From Spirochaetota bacterium (lineage in GTDB: Bacteria > Spirochaetota > UBA12135 > COTS27 > CBDBHE01), in assembly GCA_965205605.1 (NCBI GenBank), contig CBDBHE010000001.1, positions 1 to 64,000 of the forward strand: a stretch of 64,000 nt of DNA. Direction: 5' to 3'. The notes below the pieces were generated by a model. The model made no database searches. It saw only the letters and a list, made by a program, of their open reading frames with translations, and had not been told where the DNA came from. Of this stretch, positions 11,417-22,549 are shown piece after piece. Every line of letters begins with the position of its first letter. Position 1 is the first letter of the stretch. Position numbers and translations under genes: made by a program.

Positions 11417-12185
11417 ACTCAAACAAGCTTTACTAAAAAAAAAACCTTTAAAATTAATGACTCATTTAGTATTAGGTTATCCTAGTTTTGAAATTAATTT
11501 TAAATGTATCCAAATTATGGAAAAATGTGATGTTGATTTTATAGAAGTACAACTTCCTTTTTCAGACCCTATTGCTGATGGCTCTGTTATCACAAAAGCA
11601 AATCAATTTGCTTTAAATCACGGAATAACCATTAAAAAGTGTTTTGATTTTATTAAAAAAATAACTCAAAAAACAAATATCCCTATCTGTATTATGACTT
11701 ACGCTAATATCCCTTACCAAATTGGAATGAAGCATTTTTTAGAAAAAACTAAAAAAAATGGTGTTTCAGGACTCATTATTCCAGATTTTCCTTATGATGA
11801 AGATAATGATTCTTTTTTAGAATCAGCTAAAAAAAAAAATTTGCCCATCATTCAAGTCATTTCACCTTCTACACAAGATAGAAGATTAAAAAAAATTATA
11901 ACTCTATCAGATAGCTTTATTTACACAACCCTTAAAGTGGGTATTACAGGTAGTAAACCAACGATTAAACCAGAAGGATTTAAATTTTTAAAAAAAGTTA
12001 AAAAAATAACCAATTTACCTATTGGTGCTGGATTTGGAATTTCTTCTGCTGAACATTTAAAAAAATTAAAACATAAAGCAAATATTGCTATTATTGGGAG
12101 CCATTTAATAAAACTTCTAGACACAAAAGGACTTTCTCAAGTAGAGCAATTTTTAAAAATTTGTCAAGAAACGCTTTATAGTTAA
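11406..12185 (+). CDS. trpA: tryptophan synthase alpha chain
   Basis: PFSDPIADG, GITG, GFGIS; last gene of trp operon. Confidence 0.93.
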   Translation: MNLKLKQALLKKKPLKLMTHLVLGYPSFEINFKCIQIMEKCDVDFIEVQLPFSDPIADGSVITKANQFALNHGITIKKCFDFIKKITQKTNIPICIMTYANIPYQIGMKHFLEKTKKNGVSGLIIPDFPYDEDNDSFLESAKKKNLPIIQVISPSTQDRRLKKIITLSDSFIYTTLKVGITGSKPTIKPEGFKFLKKVKKITNLPIGAGFGISSAEHLKKLKHKANIAIIGSHLIKLLDTKGLSQVEQFLKICQETLYS

Positions 12186-12187
12186 AC

Positions 12188-12967
12188 TTAGCCACGCTTG
12201 CCACTTTGTTGAATATACGATTGTCGATATTCTTTGTAATGTTCTTTTTCATTAGATTCATAAATATTAAATCTATTTTTCCCCATATATTTTGATTTAT
12301 AAAGAGCATCGTCGGCTTCTTTTTGCATTGTTTTATAAATGTTTAACAGTTTTTTAGATCCATATTGACGTAATTTTGTATAAGAAATTTCCAAAACACT
12401 CACACCCGCACTAACAGTAATAGGAATATATTTATTATCTATTTTTAATTTTAATTTTTTAAGTTCTTTATAAAACTTATTAGCAAACCCAATCACACCT
12501 TCTGCGTCAGTGTTGGGAAGAAGAATATCAAATTCCTCCCCCCCATACCGAATACAATAATCCATCGGGCGGGTGTTTTTTTTAATAAGAGCTGATAGCT
12601 TTTTAAGGACTTTATCCCCCACATCATGCCCATACTTATTATTAAAAATTGAAAAATCATCAATATCAAAGCGTAAGTAAGTAATATAGTAATTTTCCTT
12701 ATTTAGTCCTTCCATTGTTGAAGAAGCAACTTTGACAAGTTTTTCTAAATAATTATCCTTATACTTTAAAAGTCCCGTTTTATAATCAATATTTGCTTTT
12801 TCTTCTAAAATTTCAATCTTCTCAAGGATAGTATAATACCACATATTAAGTTTATGAATAGAACTAACAATTTTATCAGATAAAACTTCTTTTTTATAAA
12901 GCTCTAGCATTAAATCAACGGTTATCAAATTAAATTGATCAAAATAAGAAAATGATTTTTTACTCAT
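12188..12967 (-). CDS. diguanylate cyclase (GGDEF domain)
   Basis: DIDDFSIFNNKYGHDVGD, RPMD I-site and RYGGEEF active site. Confidence 0.9.
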   Translation of the reverse strand: MSKKSFSYFDQFNLITVDLMLELYKKEVLSDKIVSSIHKLNMWYYTILEKIEILEEKANIDYKTGLLKYKDNYLEKLVKVASSTMEGLNKENYYITYLRFDIDDFSIFNNKYGHDVGDKVLKKLSALIKKNTRPMDYCIRYGGEEFDILLPNTDAEGVIGFANKFYKELKKLKLKIDNKYIPITVSAGVSVLEISYTKLRQYGSKKLLNIYKTMQKEADDALYKSKYMGKNRFNIYESNEKEHYKEYRQSYIQQSGKRG

Positions 12968-12971
12968 TAAA

Positions 12972-13835
12972 CTATTTACTTGTAACTAAAAAATCTTTTT
13001 TATAGTTTTTTTCAACCTCATACAAAAAATGATGATCTTCTTTTTTTATTTCATTATTTATGTACATTAATTTAACAAACCAATCATAAGCTTTTATTTT
13101 AATGATTTCTTTTTTTAAAAAAAAATTTAATTTATTTCCAATAATAACAAGTCTTATATCATTATTTTTTTTATACATATCTAAAAAAAAATCCAAATAA
13201 TTAACAATTAATAAATCTAATTTTGGATCAAAATTTTTAAATAAAGGATTATTATTAAAAAAAATTTTAAGATTAATTAAATTATAAATAATATTTGAAT
13301 TCATTGATATTTTCTCTTCATCTGAATTTTTATTTAAATAAAAATTCAAACAAAGTAGAATTTTATTTTCATTTAGCCTCGTAAAAATCAAATCTTCTTT
13401 ATTTAAAAAAGGCTTAGCTATTTTCCATTTTAAAAAAAGAATCTCCTCCCCATAAGAAAAAATCAAAGTTCCTTTTTTATCAAAAACATCAGCACAACAA
13501 ATTAATCGTCTCGAACGAAGACTACGACGATTTAAATATTCTAATTGAATTAATTTTTTTTCTAATTCATCTCTATTTAAGATATCCGTTGGTAATTGAA
13601 ATTTTTTCGGATCAATGTTGTTTAAAATTTCTAAAATTTTTTTTTCTTGAATGATATCAACATATCTAAAATGGTTTTTCTCTAAAGTTACTAAAAGACA
13701 AATGTCAATTGTCTCATTTTTCTCAAATATTTTTTTCCCTTCATAAGAAAAAATAGGAATTCTTAATTTAAAAGAATATTTTTTAGTTTGAAATAATGTC
13801 AAAACTGCTTTAAGACTAAAAATATCAATTTTCAT
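12972..13835 (-). CDS. hypothetical protein
   Basis: 287-aa ORF with 4-18 bp gaps to co-oriented neighbours. Confidence 0.65.
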   Translation of the reverse strand: MKIDIFSLKAVLTLFQTKKYSFKLRIPIFSYEGKKIFEKNETIDICLLVTLEKNHFRYVDIIQEKKILEILNNIDPKKFQLPTDILNRDELEKKLIQLEYLNRRSLRSRRLICCADVFDKKGTLIFSYGEEILFLKWKIAKPFLNKEDLIFTRLNENKILLCLNFYLNKNSDEEKISMNSNIIYNLINLKIFFNNNPLFKNFDPKLDLLIVNYLDFFLDMYKKNNDIRLVIIGNKLNFFLKKEIIKIKAYDWFVKLMYINNEIKKEDHHFLYEVEKNYKKDFLVTSK

Positions 13836-13853
13836 TTCAAGGCATGATCCAAT

Positions 13854-14822
13854 TCAATTAATATTTTCAAGCATTTCCACCAATTCATACTCTAAAACAT
13901 CACTTAATTTAACATAGTCTTTGCTTTTGATCAATTTCTCAATTTCTAAAAGATGAGCTTTTAAAGCATTAATCCAATCTTTTGTACTTTTTTCTCCAAA
14001 TATTTTCTTCTTATATTTTTTTGAACCATTGTCTAAATCTAAATCTAAATATTGTATAAACAAGATAAAAAGCTCAAAGGCTCCGGTAATATCTTGAATA
14101 TAATTAATCCCTTCCAAATCTTTGCCACATTGAAAAACAGTTGAAGCTTTAGTTAAAATAAGTTCCAGTTCTCCACAATAAAAACTAAAATCTTTAACAA
14201 AATCTTTTAAATTAATATTTCCATTAACCAAAGCTTTTTTTAAAATAAAAGTATTGCCTCTAAAAACACAATCATTAATTTCTATTAATAACTTTTCTAA
14301 AAGAAGCATAATAGCTTTATAAGCTTCTTTATTTTCATCTTGTGTCATCATTTTTTTTAAATTAAAAAAAGCAATTTCCAATTGTTTGATAATTGATTTC
14401 AACTTAAAACATTGATTTTCTATTCCTGAAATAATATTAGAAATTTGTTTTACCCCTTCTTTAATTAAAGAAAGGTTTTCAACTAAAAGATCAAGCTCTT
14501 TTTCTTTTAAATTTTTATCTTTAACTTTGATAGAAACTTTTTTTACATAACCACTAATTTCAACTAAAGTACTAAAGGCATAAGAAAGAACTGGTAAAAA
14601 AATTACTTTAACTTCTTCAATGTTTTCAATAACAATTTTACTTAACTCCAAGCATTCCGCTTTCTTCAATAAATCTATTGGTTTTTTATTCAGTAAAAAC
14701 TTTGATAGAAAAAATCCTTTTTCATTTCCCCAATCTTTAATAAACTCTAAAATATCTTTTGCGTCTTTTTCATTTTCTAAAGAAAAATTTGTATTTTTAC
14801 CATTAATAATAAGTTTCATCAT
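13854..14822 (-). CDS. hypothetical helical protein downstream of fliD
   Basis: 322-aa ORF; C-terminal DYVKLSDVLEYEL resembles flagellar-locus hypothetical proteins. Confidence 0.7.
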   Translation of the reverse strand: MMKLIINGKNTNFSLENEKDAKDILEFIKDWGNEKGFFLSKFLLNKKPIDLLKKAECLELSKIVIENIEEVKVIFLPVLSYAFSTLVEISGYVKKVSIKVKDKNLKEKELDLLVENLSLIKEGVKQISNIISGIENQCFKLKSIIKQLEIAFFNLKKMMTQDENKEAYKAIMLLLEKLLIEINDCVFRGNTFILKKALVNGNINLKDFVKDFSFYCGELELILTKASTVFQCGKDLEGINYIQDITGAFELFILFIQYLDLDLDNGSKKYKKKIFGEKSTKDWINALKAHLLEIEKLIKSKDYVKLSDVLEYELVEMLENIN

Positions 14823-14884
14823 ATTGCTTTTTTTCCTTTCTTTTATTATGACTTTAAATATTTAAAATTTCACTATCTGTTTCA

Positions 14885-16900
14885 CTATCTTTTAGGAACT
14901 GAATTATCTATCCATTTCTCCATTGTTTCTTGTTCTTTAAGAGCTGCTTCCAACTCTCTAAATTCTTTTTCTGTTTTTAAACGATAATTTTCTACATTTT
15001 TTTCTTCTTGAGCAATCTGATTGTCTAAGTCTTTGAGCCTCCTTTGATTAACTCTTACTTGTGTATCAAACATTGCTTGAGATTTTGTATAAGCTTTTTG
15101 TAACTTTTTTATTTCATAAGCACATCCTGTGTCTGTTACACCATCATTGTCAGAATCAAATCCAAAAATTTCACCAATATAATTAGGGTTTTTTAAAAAA
15201 AACTCTTTATACTTATCCTGATTAAAATCAAGTTTTCCAAAATCAACATTATTAGAATTTCCTAAAAAAAATAATGGAGAAATTCCAAGTTGTACTAAAA
15301 GGCTTAACCTATTTCCTAAAGAAGTTTTATAAGACCGAATAACAATATTTCTCATTTTATTTTTCAATAAGCTAAAACTATATTCTCTTTTAAAAAGTCC
15401 ATATTTTTTTCTTATTTTTTCATCTATATTTTCATCAGCTTCATTACGATTTAAAACAATATTTAAAAGTTCCATACAAATGTTGTATTGACCTATAAAA
15501 TTAATAATAGAGTCATTAATTTCTTTATCATCAAATCCTACAGAAAAACGAATTGGCTTATCAGCAGCTTCTTTAATTTCAAGATTAACCCCATCAATTA
15601 AATCATTTATCTTATTGCTATCTCTTTCTACTTCGATGCCTTTATAAACAATTTTTGAATTATTAGCTTTGTTGACTTCATTAGGGGCATAATAAGGACT
15701 ATTATCTAGTTCTTCTTTTTCTTTTATTTTAAAATTTGGTTTTGAAAAAAGATAATGTTTGTTTTCACTTTCATTAATAAATTCCACCCCTTCAATTAAA
15801 ATTTCTTTGTTTCTTTTGCTTAATAAAGAACGGTCTAAAACAAGTACATTTTTACTATTCAAGTCTTTTAAAAATAAATTTTTTTCCGAAGAAGATCCAT
15901 TTTCTTTATAAAATATTTTAGCAATTCGATCCGTTACTTTTATCTTGGGATATTTTTCTTTTTTTTTTTCTTTTGTTTCCTTAGAATAAGGAATCATTAA
16001 TGCTGAATCTAATTGTAATTCTTCCACTTTCAATTTTTCTTTTATATTAAATTTTTTTGCAGCTAATTGATGCTGTCTTTCTTTTTCATTTAATGCCTGA
16101 TTCTCAATATTTTCAGTAGCAAGGGAAAAAGAAACCTGATCTCCTTCTTTTAAAATAACTACTTTATTAATTGTTGGGTTATAGGTACTTTGGGGTAATA
16201 AAGTAATTTTACTACCACTTACATTTACTTTTGAATTATTAGGTTTTTTGTAAGAAAAAATTTCTTTTATTTTATTATTGGAAAGTTTTTTTTCTTTAAA
16301 AACATCTAAAAAAGAAAGAACTCCGTTTGAATCTTGTATTAATTTTATTTTACCTTGCTTGCCTTCAACAGCTGAAGATAAAACTAACACAGATGATTGA
16401 CTTCCTTTTTTAATTGTAGAAGCTGTTAACATCTTAGAAGAAGAGTTATTAATCAAAGAAGCCAAGCTTCTAAGAGAACCTCCTGAGAAGTTAAAATAAA
16501 GTTTTTTTTTATTAACTTCTAAAACAAAATTTCCAGCTGGAATAGCTTGTTTTTTACTTAAGTTTTTACTAGAAATTTTATGATTAGAAGCTTTTTGTAA
16601 AATCTCAACTTCATGTTTTTGAGGTTTTGTTCTATTAATAGCCGTTGCATTTAAATAGCGATCATCTTTTGTACTAACTAAGCGCCTATTAAAAACAGAC
16701 CGGAAACCATGAAGTTTATCTGAAAAAATACCTAACAAACCAAATTCTTTTTTTATTTCTCTTAAAACTTTAATTCTAGTTTTATTTTTTTTCTTTTCTT
16801 CTTCTAGTTTTTTAATAGGTTTTTTTCTTTCTTCAATAATTTGTTCAATTGCTTTAGAATAATTCCTATCTGAGTCTAAATCAATATAAGGAGTTGGCAT
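14885..16900 (-). CDS. fliD: flagellar filament capping protein
   Basis: N-terminal IEQIIEERKKPI coiled coil, VERDSNKINDLIDGVNLEI, INFIGQYN, C-terminal coiled coil. Confidence 0.85.
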   Translation of the reverse strand: MPTPYIDLDSDRNYSKAIEQIIEERKKPIKKLEEEKKKNKTRIKVLREIKKEFGLLGIFSDKLHGFRSVFNRRLVSTKDDRYLNATAINRTKPQKHEVEILQKASNHKISSKNLSKKQAIPAGNFVLEVNKKKLYFNFSGGSLRSLASLINNSSSKMLTASTIKKGSQSSVLVLSSAVEGKQGKIKLIQDSNGVLSFLDVFKEKKLSNNKIKEIFSYKKPNNSKVNVSGSKITLLPQSTYNPTINKVVILKEGDQVSFSLATENIENQALNEKERQHQLAAKKFNIKEKLKVEELQLDSALMIPYSKETKEKKKEKYPKIKVTDRIAKIFYKENGSSSEKNLFLKDLNSKNVLVLDRSLLSKRNKEILIEGVEFINESENKHYLFSKPNFKIKEKEELDNSPYYAPNEVNKANNSKIVYKGIEVERDSNKINDLIDGVNLEIKEAADKPIRFSVGFDDKEINDSIINFIGQYNICMELLNIVLNRNEADENIDEKIRKKYGLFKREYSFSLLKNKMRNIVIRSYKTSLGNRLSLLVQLGISPLFFLGNSNNVDFGKLDFNQDKYKEFFLKNPNYIGEIFGFDSDNDGVTDTGCAYEIKKLQKAYTKSQAMFDTQVRVNQRRLKDLDNQIAQEEKNVENYRLKTEKEFRELEAALKEQETMEKWIDNSVPKR

Positions 16901-16933
16901 AATAAAATCTTAAAAAAAATCAAAAATAAGTAA

Positions 16934-18115
16934 TTAATTTTCTTTTTTTATTCTTAAAAAAGCTGGTATTTCAAAATTTTTCTCATCTTCTTCTAATTTT
17001 AAACTCTCTATATCTGAGTAAAGCTCATTTGTTACTTCACTTTCATTAGAGTTATTTTTTTCTTCATTAGAAATAAGACTTGCATTAGAATAATCTTCCC
17101 CAAGATCATCTTCATTATAATAGGGTTCGTTAGAAATAAAAGATCGAGGACGATCTTCATCTTTAAATCCAGTAGCAATAACAGTTACTTTAATTTCATC
17201 TTCAAGACTATGATCTGGCACAAACCCAACAATAATATTAGCTTCTTTATCAGCTTTTTCTGAAATAATATTAGTTACTTCCGAAAGATCATGGAGGGAA
17301 ATATTCTCTCCATGAGTAATATTAATTAAAAGCCCCTTAGCCCCATCAATATCACCTCCTTCAATCAGTGGGTTTGAAATCACTCTTTCAGCAATTTCTT
17401 CAGCTCCCAAGCTAATATTAGCAGATGCCATGCCCATTATTGAGTTTCCTTTCTGAGACATGACAGACCTTACATCAGAAAAATCAACATTAATAATACC
17501 TGATGTAGTAATAATATCTGAAATCCCTCTAATTCCTTGCATTAAAACAGAATCAGCCAATTGAAACGACTCACCAATAGGGACTTTACGATCAACAAGA
17601 CCCAATAGGTTTTGATTTGGAATTGTAATTAAAGTATCAACATATTGAGCTAATTCTTCAATTCCCTTTTCAGCTTGCTTCATTCGTTTATAACCTTCAA
17701 AAACAAAAGGCTTAGTAACAACAGCTACTGTAAGACAACGAAGTTCTTTTGAAATTTGAGCAATAATTGGGGCCGCTCCTGTCCCAGTGCCTCCTCCCAT
17801 TCCAACAGTAATAAAAATCATATCTGCTCCCTTTAATGAATTTTGAATTAATTCATATTGTTCTTCAGCTGATTTTTTACCAATTTCAGGGTTGCCTCCT
17901 GCTCCAAGTCCACGTGTAACTTCTATTCCGACTTGTAATTTTGTTTTAGCTTTTGAAATGTTTAAAGACTGTATATCCGTATTTACAGCAATAAACTCAA
18001 TCGCCTTCATTTCCGCTTCAATCATTCGATTAACAGCATTACACCCTCCTCCACCAATTCCAATTACTTTAATATTTGTTGGATTTGAACTCTCCGAAAC
18101 AATTTGTATCGCCAT
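16934..18115 (-). CDS. ftsZ: cell division protein FtsZ
   Basis: [20 protein letters not shown] tubulin motif, C-terminal IPAFLR. Confidence 0.98.
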   Translation of the reverse strand: MAIQIVSESSNPTNIKVIGIGGGGCNAVNRMIEAEMKAIEFIAVNTDIQSLNISKAKTKLQVGIEVTRGLGAGGNPEIGKKSAEEQYELIQNSLKGADMIFITVGMGGGTGTGAAPIIAQISKELRCLTVAVVTKPFVFEGYKRMKQAEKGIEELAQYVDTLITIPNQNLLGLVDRKVPIGESFQLADSVLMQGIRGISDIITTSGIINVDFSDVRSVMSQKGNSIMGMASANISLGAEEIAERVISNPLIEGGDIDGAKGLLINITHGENISLHDLSEVTNIISEKADKEANIIVGFVPDHSLEDEIKVTVIATGFKDEDRPRSFISNEPYYNEDDLGEDYSNASLISNEEKNNSNESEVTNELYSDIESLKLEEDEKNFEIPAFLRIKKEN

Positions 18116-18144
18116 TTTTATTCCCTCCCAAAATAAAATTGATT

Positions 18145-19374
18145 TTAATTAAAAAATTCTTTTAACAAACTCGTTATCTTTTTAAATACTTTAAAATGAC
18201 TCGGTTTAACTTCTAATTTATACTCTTCTTGTTTTCCAACAGCAAAACGTATCAAGCCAATAGCCGTTGAAAAAACAGGTGAATCTACTTTTTCACAAAG
18301 TCCTGTTAAATTAATAGGTTTTCCAATTCTAACAGGTTGATTAATAATTCTTTCTGCAAGCTCGACTGTTCCTTGACATTGCGATCCTCCTCCTGTTAAA
18401 ATAACTCCAGCTGCTATTTTAGATAAATAGCCTGTTTTATCAATTAAACCTTTTATCATTAAAAAAATTTCTTCCATACGAGGTTCAATAATTTGAGCAA
18501 TCATTTTCATCGATACTTTCATCGGTTCCCTTCCCCCTACCATGGGTACAGCTGTGTAATCATTTTTATTAATCAAAGAAACCAAAGCATTTCCATGCTC
18601 TTTCTTAATGACTTCAGCAGAAGGACTAGGAGTTCTAAGACCAAAAGCAATATCTTTAGTCACATTATTACCCCCAAGAGAAATCACCCCCGTATACCAA
18701 ATCGAATTGCCAATATACATTAAAATGTCTGTCGTCCCACCTCCAATATCAACTACAATACTCCCTAATTCTTTCTCATCTTCACTTAAAACAGCTTCCG
18801 CAGATGAAATAGGCTGTAAAATAACATCTAAAACATTATATCCTGCTCTTTCAATTACTTTTTTAATATTCGCTGTTGCAGATTTAGGAACGGTTACTAA
18901 ATGAACTTCAACTTCAAGACGAATCCCTGACATCCCAAGGGGATCAATGACACCTTCTTGGTCATCTACAATAAATTCTTGAGGAATTACATGAAGAATT
19001 TCCCGATCTGGTGGAATAGAAATCGACTGAGCTGTTTCAATGGCTCTATAAATATCACTTTTAGTAATTTCTGACTCACCCGATCGATCAGAAACAGCAA
19101 TCACCCCTCTTGAATTAATACTCTCTATATGCCCCCCTGCAACTCCCGTATAAAGCTCAGTGATTTCAACTCCTGCCATTAATTCAGCTTCTTCAATAAC
19201 GTTTTTAATGACTTTAACCACCGCTTCAATATTAATCACAATCCCTTTTTGTAAACCTGCTGATGGCTTATTCCCTATCCCAATAATTTCAATCTTTCCA
19301 TCTTCTTGAATACGAGAAATCACAGTACAAATCTTAGTTGTACCAATGTCTAAACTAGCTATAATTCTACTCAA
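18145..19374 (-). CDS. ftsA: cell division protein FtsA
   Basis: [21 protein letters not shown] actin-like motifs; upstream of ftsZ. Confidence 0.97.
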   Translation of the reverse strand: MSRIIASLDIGTTKICTVISRIQEDGKIEIIGIGNKPSAGLQKGIVINIEAVVKVIKNVIEEAELMAGVEITELYTGVAGGHIESINSRGVIAVSDRSGESEITKSDIYRAIETAQSISIPPDREILHVIPQEFIVDDQEGVIDPLGMSGIRLEVEVHLVTVPKSATANIKKVIERAGYNVLDVILQPISSAEAVLSEDEKELGSIVVDIGGGTTDILMYIGNSIWYTGVISLGGNNVTKDIAFGLRTPSPSAEVIKKEHGNALVSLINKNDYTAVPMVGGREPMKVSMKMIAQIIEPRMEEIFLMIKGLIDKTGYLSKIAAGVILTGGGSQCQGTVELAERIINQPVRIGKPINLTGLCEKVDSPVFSTAIGLIRFAVGKQEEYKLEVKPSHFKVFKKITSLLKEFFN

Positions 19375-19436
19375 GTCGCCCTCTATTTTTGACCTAATTT
19401 TATTTAAATAATGATTAAAATTTCTCTTATTATAGC

Positions 19437-20168
19437 TTAATTTATCAAAGTAAATTTAACAAAATCATATCTAAGATCAATCTTTTTAACTTTCATCTTA
19501 TTTATTTTTTGGTATAAATACGCATACCTTGCTTTCCTAAGACTTTCTACATTAAAAGAGTACCCTAAAATACTTTCTAAATGATTTTCTTTTAAAAACA
19601 ACGTATTATCTTTACCAAGGCAAATCCCTGAAGAAATATTAATAATATCCTTCTCTTCTTTAGGCAAAGCTCTATAAGCTGCTAAAAAATCATTAACTAA
19701 TTTTTTTTTTATAGATTCTGTAGTTAAATTAGAATCATATTCAATATAAAATTTATCAAAATTTAAAATCCCTTCTTCTTCTGTAATTACTTGTCCCCAA
19801 TCATTAATTTCTTTTAATTTTTCCCCATCTTTAATAATAAAGTTCCCTTCTTTTTCACAAAAAGTAATCCTCAACGTATCTGGATATTTTTTTTTAATTT
19901 TAATCACTTCCAAACGTGTTTGATTTTCAATATCATTCCTTATTCTTTTTTCATCAATAAAAACCAAAGAAGATCCTTCAAAGATGTTCATTTTGTTAAG
20001 AATATAAGCACTATCCATTTGTTCAAACCCAATTAATTGAATTTTTTTAATAGGAAAAATTTTTAATTGCTTGAGAAAAGGTTTTAAATTTTTATATGAA
20101 GTAAAAATAAAAAAAAAAAAAGAACTAAAAAATAAAAAATAAAAAATAAGATTTTTTTTCATTAACAT
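19437..20168 (-). CDS. ftsQ: FtsQ/DivIB family protein
   Basis: single N-terminal TM, POTRA-like KKYPDTLRI, C-terminal IDLRY; upstream of ftsA. Confidence 0.82.
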   Translation of the reverse strand: MLMKKNLIFYFLFFSSFFFFIFTSYKNLKPFLKQLKIFPIKKIQLIGFEQMDSAYILNKMNIFEGSSLVFIDEKRIRNDIENQTRLEVIKIKKKYPDTLRITFCEKEGNFIIKDGEKLKEINDWGQVITEEEGILNFDKFYIEYDSNLTTESIKKKLVNDFLAAYRALPKEEKDIINISSGICLGKDNTLFLKENHLESILGYSFNVESLRKARYAYLYQKINKMKVKKIDLRYDFVKFTLIN

Positions 20169-20236
20169 TTAGATTCCTTCTAATCTCATTTAACGGAAAA
20201 AAAAAAATTTCAATAAGACTTTTTTTAAAAAAAATT

Positions 20237-20244
20237 AAACTTTA
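20237..20244. repeat. target site duplication AAACTTTA (left copy)
   Basis: identical to 22576-22583 and abuts the inverted repeat. Confidence 0.88.
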
Positions 20245-20270
20245 AGTAACTATATATCAAATTAGACTAA
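20245..20270. repeat. terminal inverted repeat AGTAACTATATATCAAATTAGACTAA
   Basis: reverse complement of 22550-22575 except for the terminal base. Confidence 0.93.
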
Positions 20271-20942
20271 TTTTTTAATTTTTTTTCTAACGTTATCAAT
20301 TTTAATTAACTGTTCTAAAAAATAATTGTAATTATCTTTAGCGTCTTGTCTTCTTTTTTCTATTATCTCACTATAATCAATAAATAATAAATCGCAAAAT
20401 TCTTTCCCTGTCATAATTTCATCTATAGAAAAAGTTCCTTTCATTCCTGTTATAATTTCTTGTTTGTCTATTTTATTGAAACAACAAATATGAATAGATG
20501 TTGAGTATTGTATTTTAGTCGACACATACCTTTGAAATTTTTGTAAGGCTTCTTTTTCTCCATGAACTTTTTTAGTGTCAAATACATGCCCGTCTTTTAG
20601 CTCAATAATATGACAATGTTTCTTATAACTTTTAATTTTGATAATTAAAAAATCAGGCTCATGCTTAGGAAAGTCAATATGTTTTGATTTTTTTGTTACT
20701 TCTTTAGGAATTAAATATGTGGCATCCATATCTCCGATAATTTGATCGTTTTCAAAAAAATTGTCAAGGTTGTGAATAACAATTTCACCTGCTCTTTTCT
20801 TTATCATTTTTTCAAGCTCATTTCCATTTGCAATAGACGTGCTATGTATTTTAGTAATCAAATCTCCCAATTCTTTATTGCCAAAAAGTCTCTCATAACT
20901 TCCTGAGGAATTTTCAGGATTAGCATTCCTCATTAAAGCCAT
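20262..20942 (-). CDS. putative type II restriction endonuclease, PD-(D/E)XK fold
   Basis: GNELE...EPDFLII...IIELKDG catalytic pattern; overlaps the end of the methyltransferase gene. Confidence 0.75.
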   Translation of the reverse strand: MALMRNANPENSSGSYERLFGNKELGDLITKIHSTSIANGNELEKMIKKRAGEIVIHNLDNFFENDQIIGDMDATYLIPKEVTKKSKHIDFPKHEPDFLIIKIKSYKKHCHIIELKDGHVFDTKKVHGEKEALQKFQRYVSTKIQYSTSIHICCFNKIDKQEIITGMKGTFSIDEIMTGKEFCDLLFIDYSEIIEKRRQDAKDNYNYFLEQLIKIDNVRKKIKKLV

Positions 20943-21636
20943 TTATATCCCCCCCAATAAAATCTCTGTTTGATTGTTTACAAGCCTTATAAACCGATCC
21001 GCCACCCATTGCCACATCTAAAACAACCTCCCCTTCATTCGTTACGGCTTCAATAAGCCTTTTTTGTAAATCAACGGGCTTTGCATGAGGATGAAGTGTT
21101 TTGTCAGCTTCCTCTTCAATAACATTCGGAATATTTTTTATTCTCCAAACATTTTTAGCTTTCAAAGGTTTTTTTTGTAACACAACCAAAAACTCTGCCT
21201 TGTTCCTTGTTCTATAACCCATTCCGATTCTTGTTTTTTCCCATACCACTAAATCGACGCTTTGCAAATCTGTTTTCGTTACCCAACTCTTAAACCCCTC
21301 ACATAAATGAAATTTATCAATCCATAAAAAAAGATGTCCCGAAGGTTGTAAAACTCTATTTATCTCTTTTATAAAAATAATAATTTTTTTCTCATCCATT
21401 TGTTCTAAAGAACATCGTTTTTTTTCTCTATTTTTTCCTTCATTGCCATATTTTTGATAATCCAAAATACCCCGATATTGGGGATCAAAAAAAGCACAAG
21501 GAATCGATCCTTTTGTTAATCTTCCTAATAAAACAAGCCCGTCTATTTTTTGAGGATTATTGATTAAACCTAATAAATCCTTAGATTGAAAAATAGAATC
21601 TTCTATTACACTTTGAAAATTCCCTAAATTATCCAT
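20920..21636 (-). CDS. beta-class amino (N6A/N4C) DNA methyltransferase
   Basis: motif IV variant FFDPQY, then RVLQPSG, HPHAKP, and motif I LDVAMGGGS near the C-terminus. Confidence 0.9.
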   Translation of the reverse strand: MDNLGNFQSVIEDSIFQSKDLLGLINNPQKIDGLVLLGRLTKGSIPCAFFDPQYRGILDYQKYGNEGKNREKKRCSLEQMDEKKIIIFIKEINRVLQPSGHLFLWIDKFHLCEGFKSWVTKTDLQSVDLVVWEKTRIGMGYRTRNKAEFLVVLQKKPLKAKNVWRIKNIPNVIEEEADKTLHPHAKPVDLQKRLIEAVTNEGEVVLDVAMGGGSVYKACKQSNRDFIGGDINGFNEEC

Positions 21637-22494
21637 TGGTAATTTCCTTATAAATTAATTTTTTAGAATTCTCTAAAAGGTTTTTCAGTTTATTTTTGTT
21701 AAAGTTAAACCTAAAAGCATATTCATCCAAAAATTCTCAATGTTATTTGTGTGAAAAACCCCATTGACGTATTGTTTAACTCCGTGATTTACTTTGTAAT
21801 GACTCAAACGCTTATATGCCTTAAAATCATCACTGATAATTGAAGCCCTATTATCAATTTTATCATCGATGTATTTCTTAAGTGTCTTAATTTTAGTGTC
21901 TTCAATGTGTTTCGCATTAACAAGCTTTTTGTTTCCATAAACACTTCTTTGAATAGAGCCTACAATAACTTTTTTTGTTTGAATTGAGCGTCCTTGAGTC
22001 CCTTTAGTCTTTTTATTTAAATGTTTATTGCTTTCTTTTCCACCAATATAAGTCTCATCAATTTCCACATCACCGAAAAGCTTATTATAATTAGGGAATG
22101 AATTACGTATTTTATATAACATCGTCCAAGCCGTTTTTTGTGTTACCCCGATTTGCTTTGCTAATTGAATGCTCGAAATCCCTTTGCTACTTGTGGATAA
22201 AAGATATAAAGAAGCAAACCATTTATTTAATGGTAACTTCGTACTTTCAAAAAAAGTCCCCACCAAAACATTAAACAATTTTTTACATTGAGAACATCTA
22301 TAAACTTTCTTTAATCCTTTTGAGTTAGTCCTATCAATATAATGCTTTTCTTTTGAATTACAATGAGAACACCAAACGCCATTTTTATATCTTATTAAAA
22401 TAAGATAAGATAAACAAGCCTCATCATCTTTAAATTTGTTTAAAAATTTTATTATTGATAACATTTTTACAACTTCTGTAAAGGAAAATAACAC
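21629..22494 (-). pseudogene. IS1595-family DDE transposase with an internal deletion and frameshift near the C-terminus
   Basis: CxxC...CxxC zinc ribbon, HTH (TQKTAW), VEIDETY, ISDD, VNH, HTNNIENFW; the tail LDEYAFRFN...* lies in another frame ending at 21629. Confidence 0.88.
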
Positions 22495-22549
22495 GCTTTT
22501 ATTATATTTTCAATAAAAAAAGACAAAAAAACTAAAAAGTAGTATTTTT

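Noticed and set aside
20262-20942. Naming the restriction enzyme or its recognition site
   Set aside because: Cannot be assigned reliably without a REBASE search.
21685-21735. Programmed frameshift producing full-length transposase
   Set aside because: Conserved residues between NFW and LDE are absent in all frames, so frameshifting cannot restore them.
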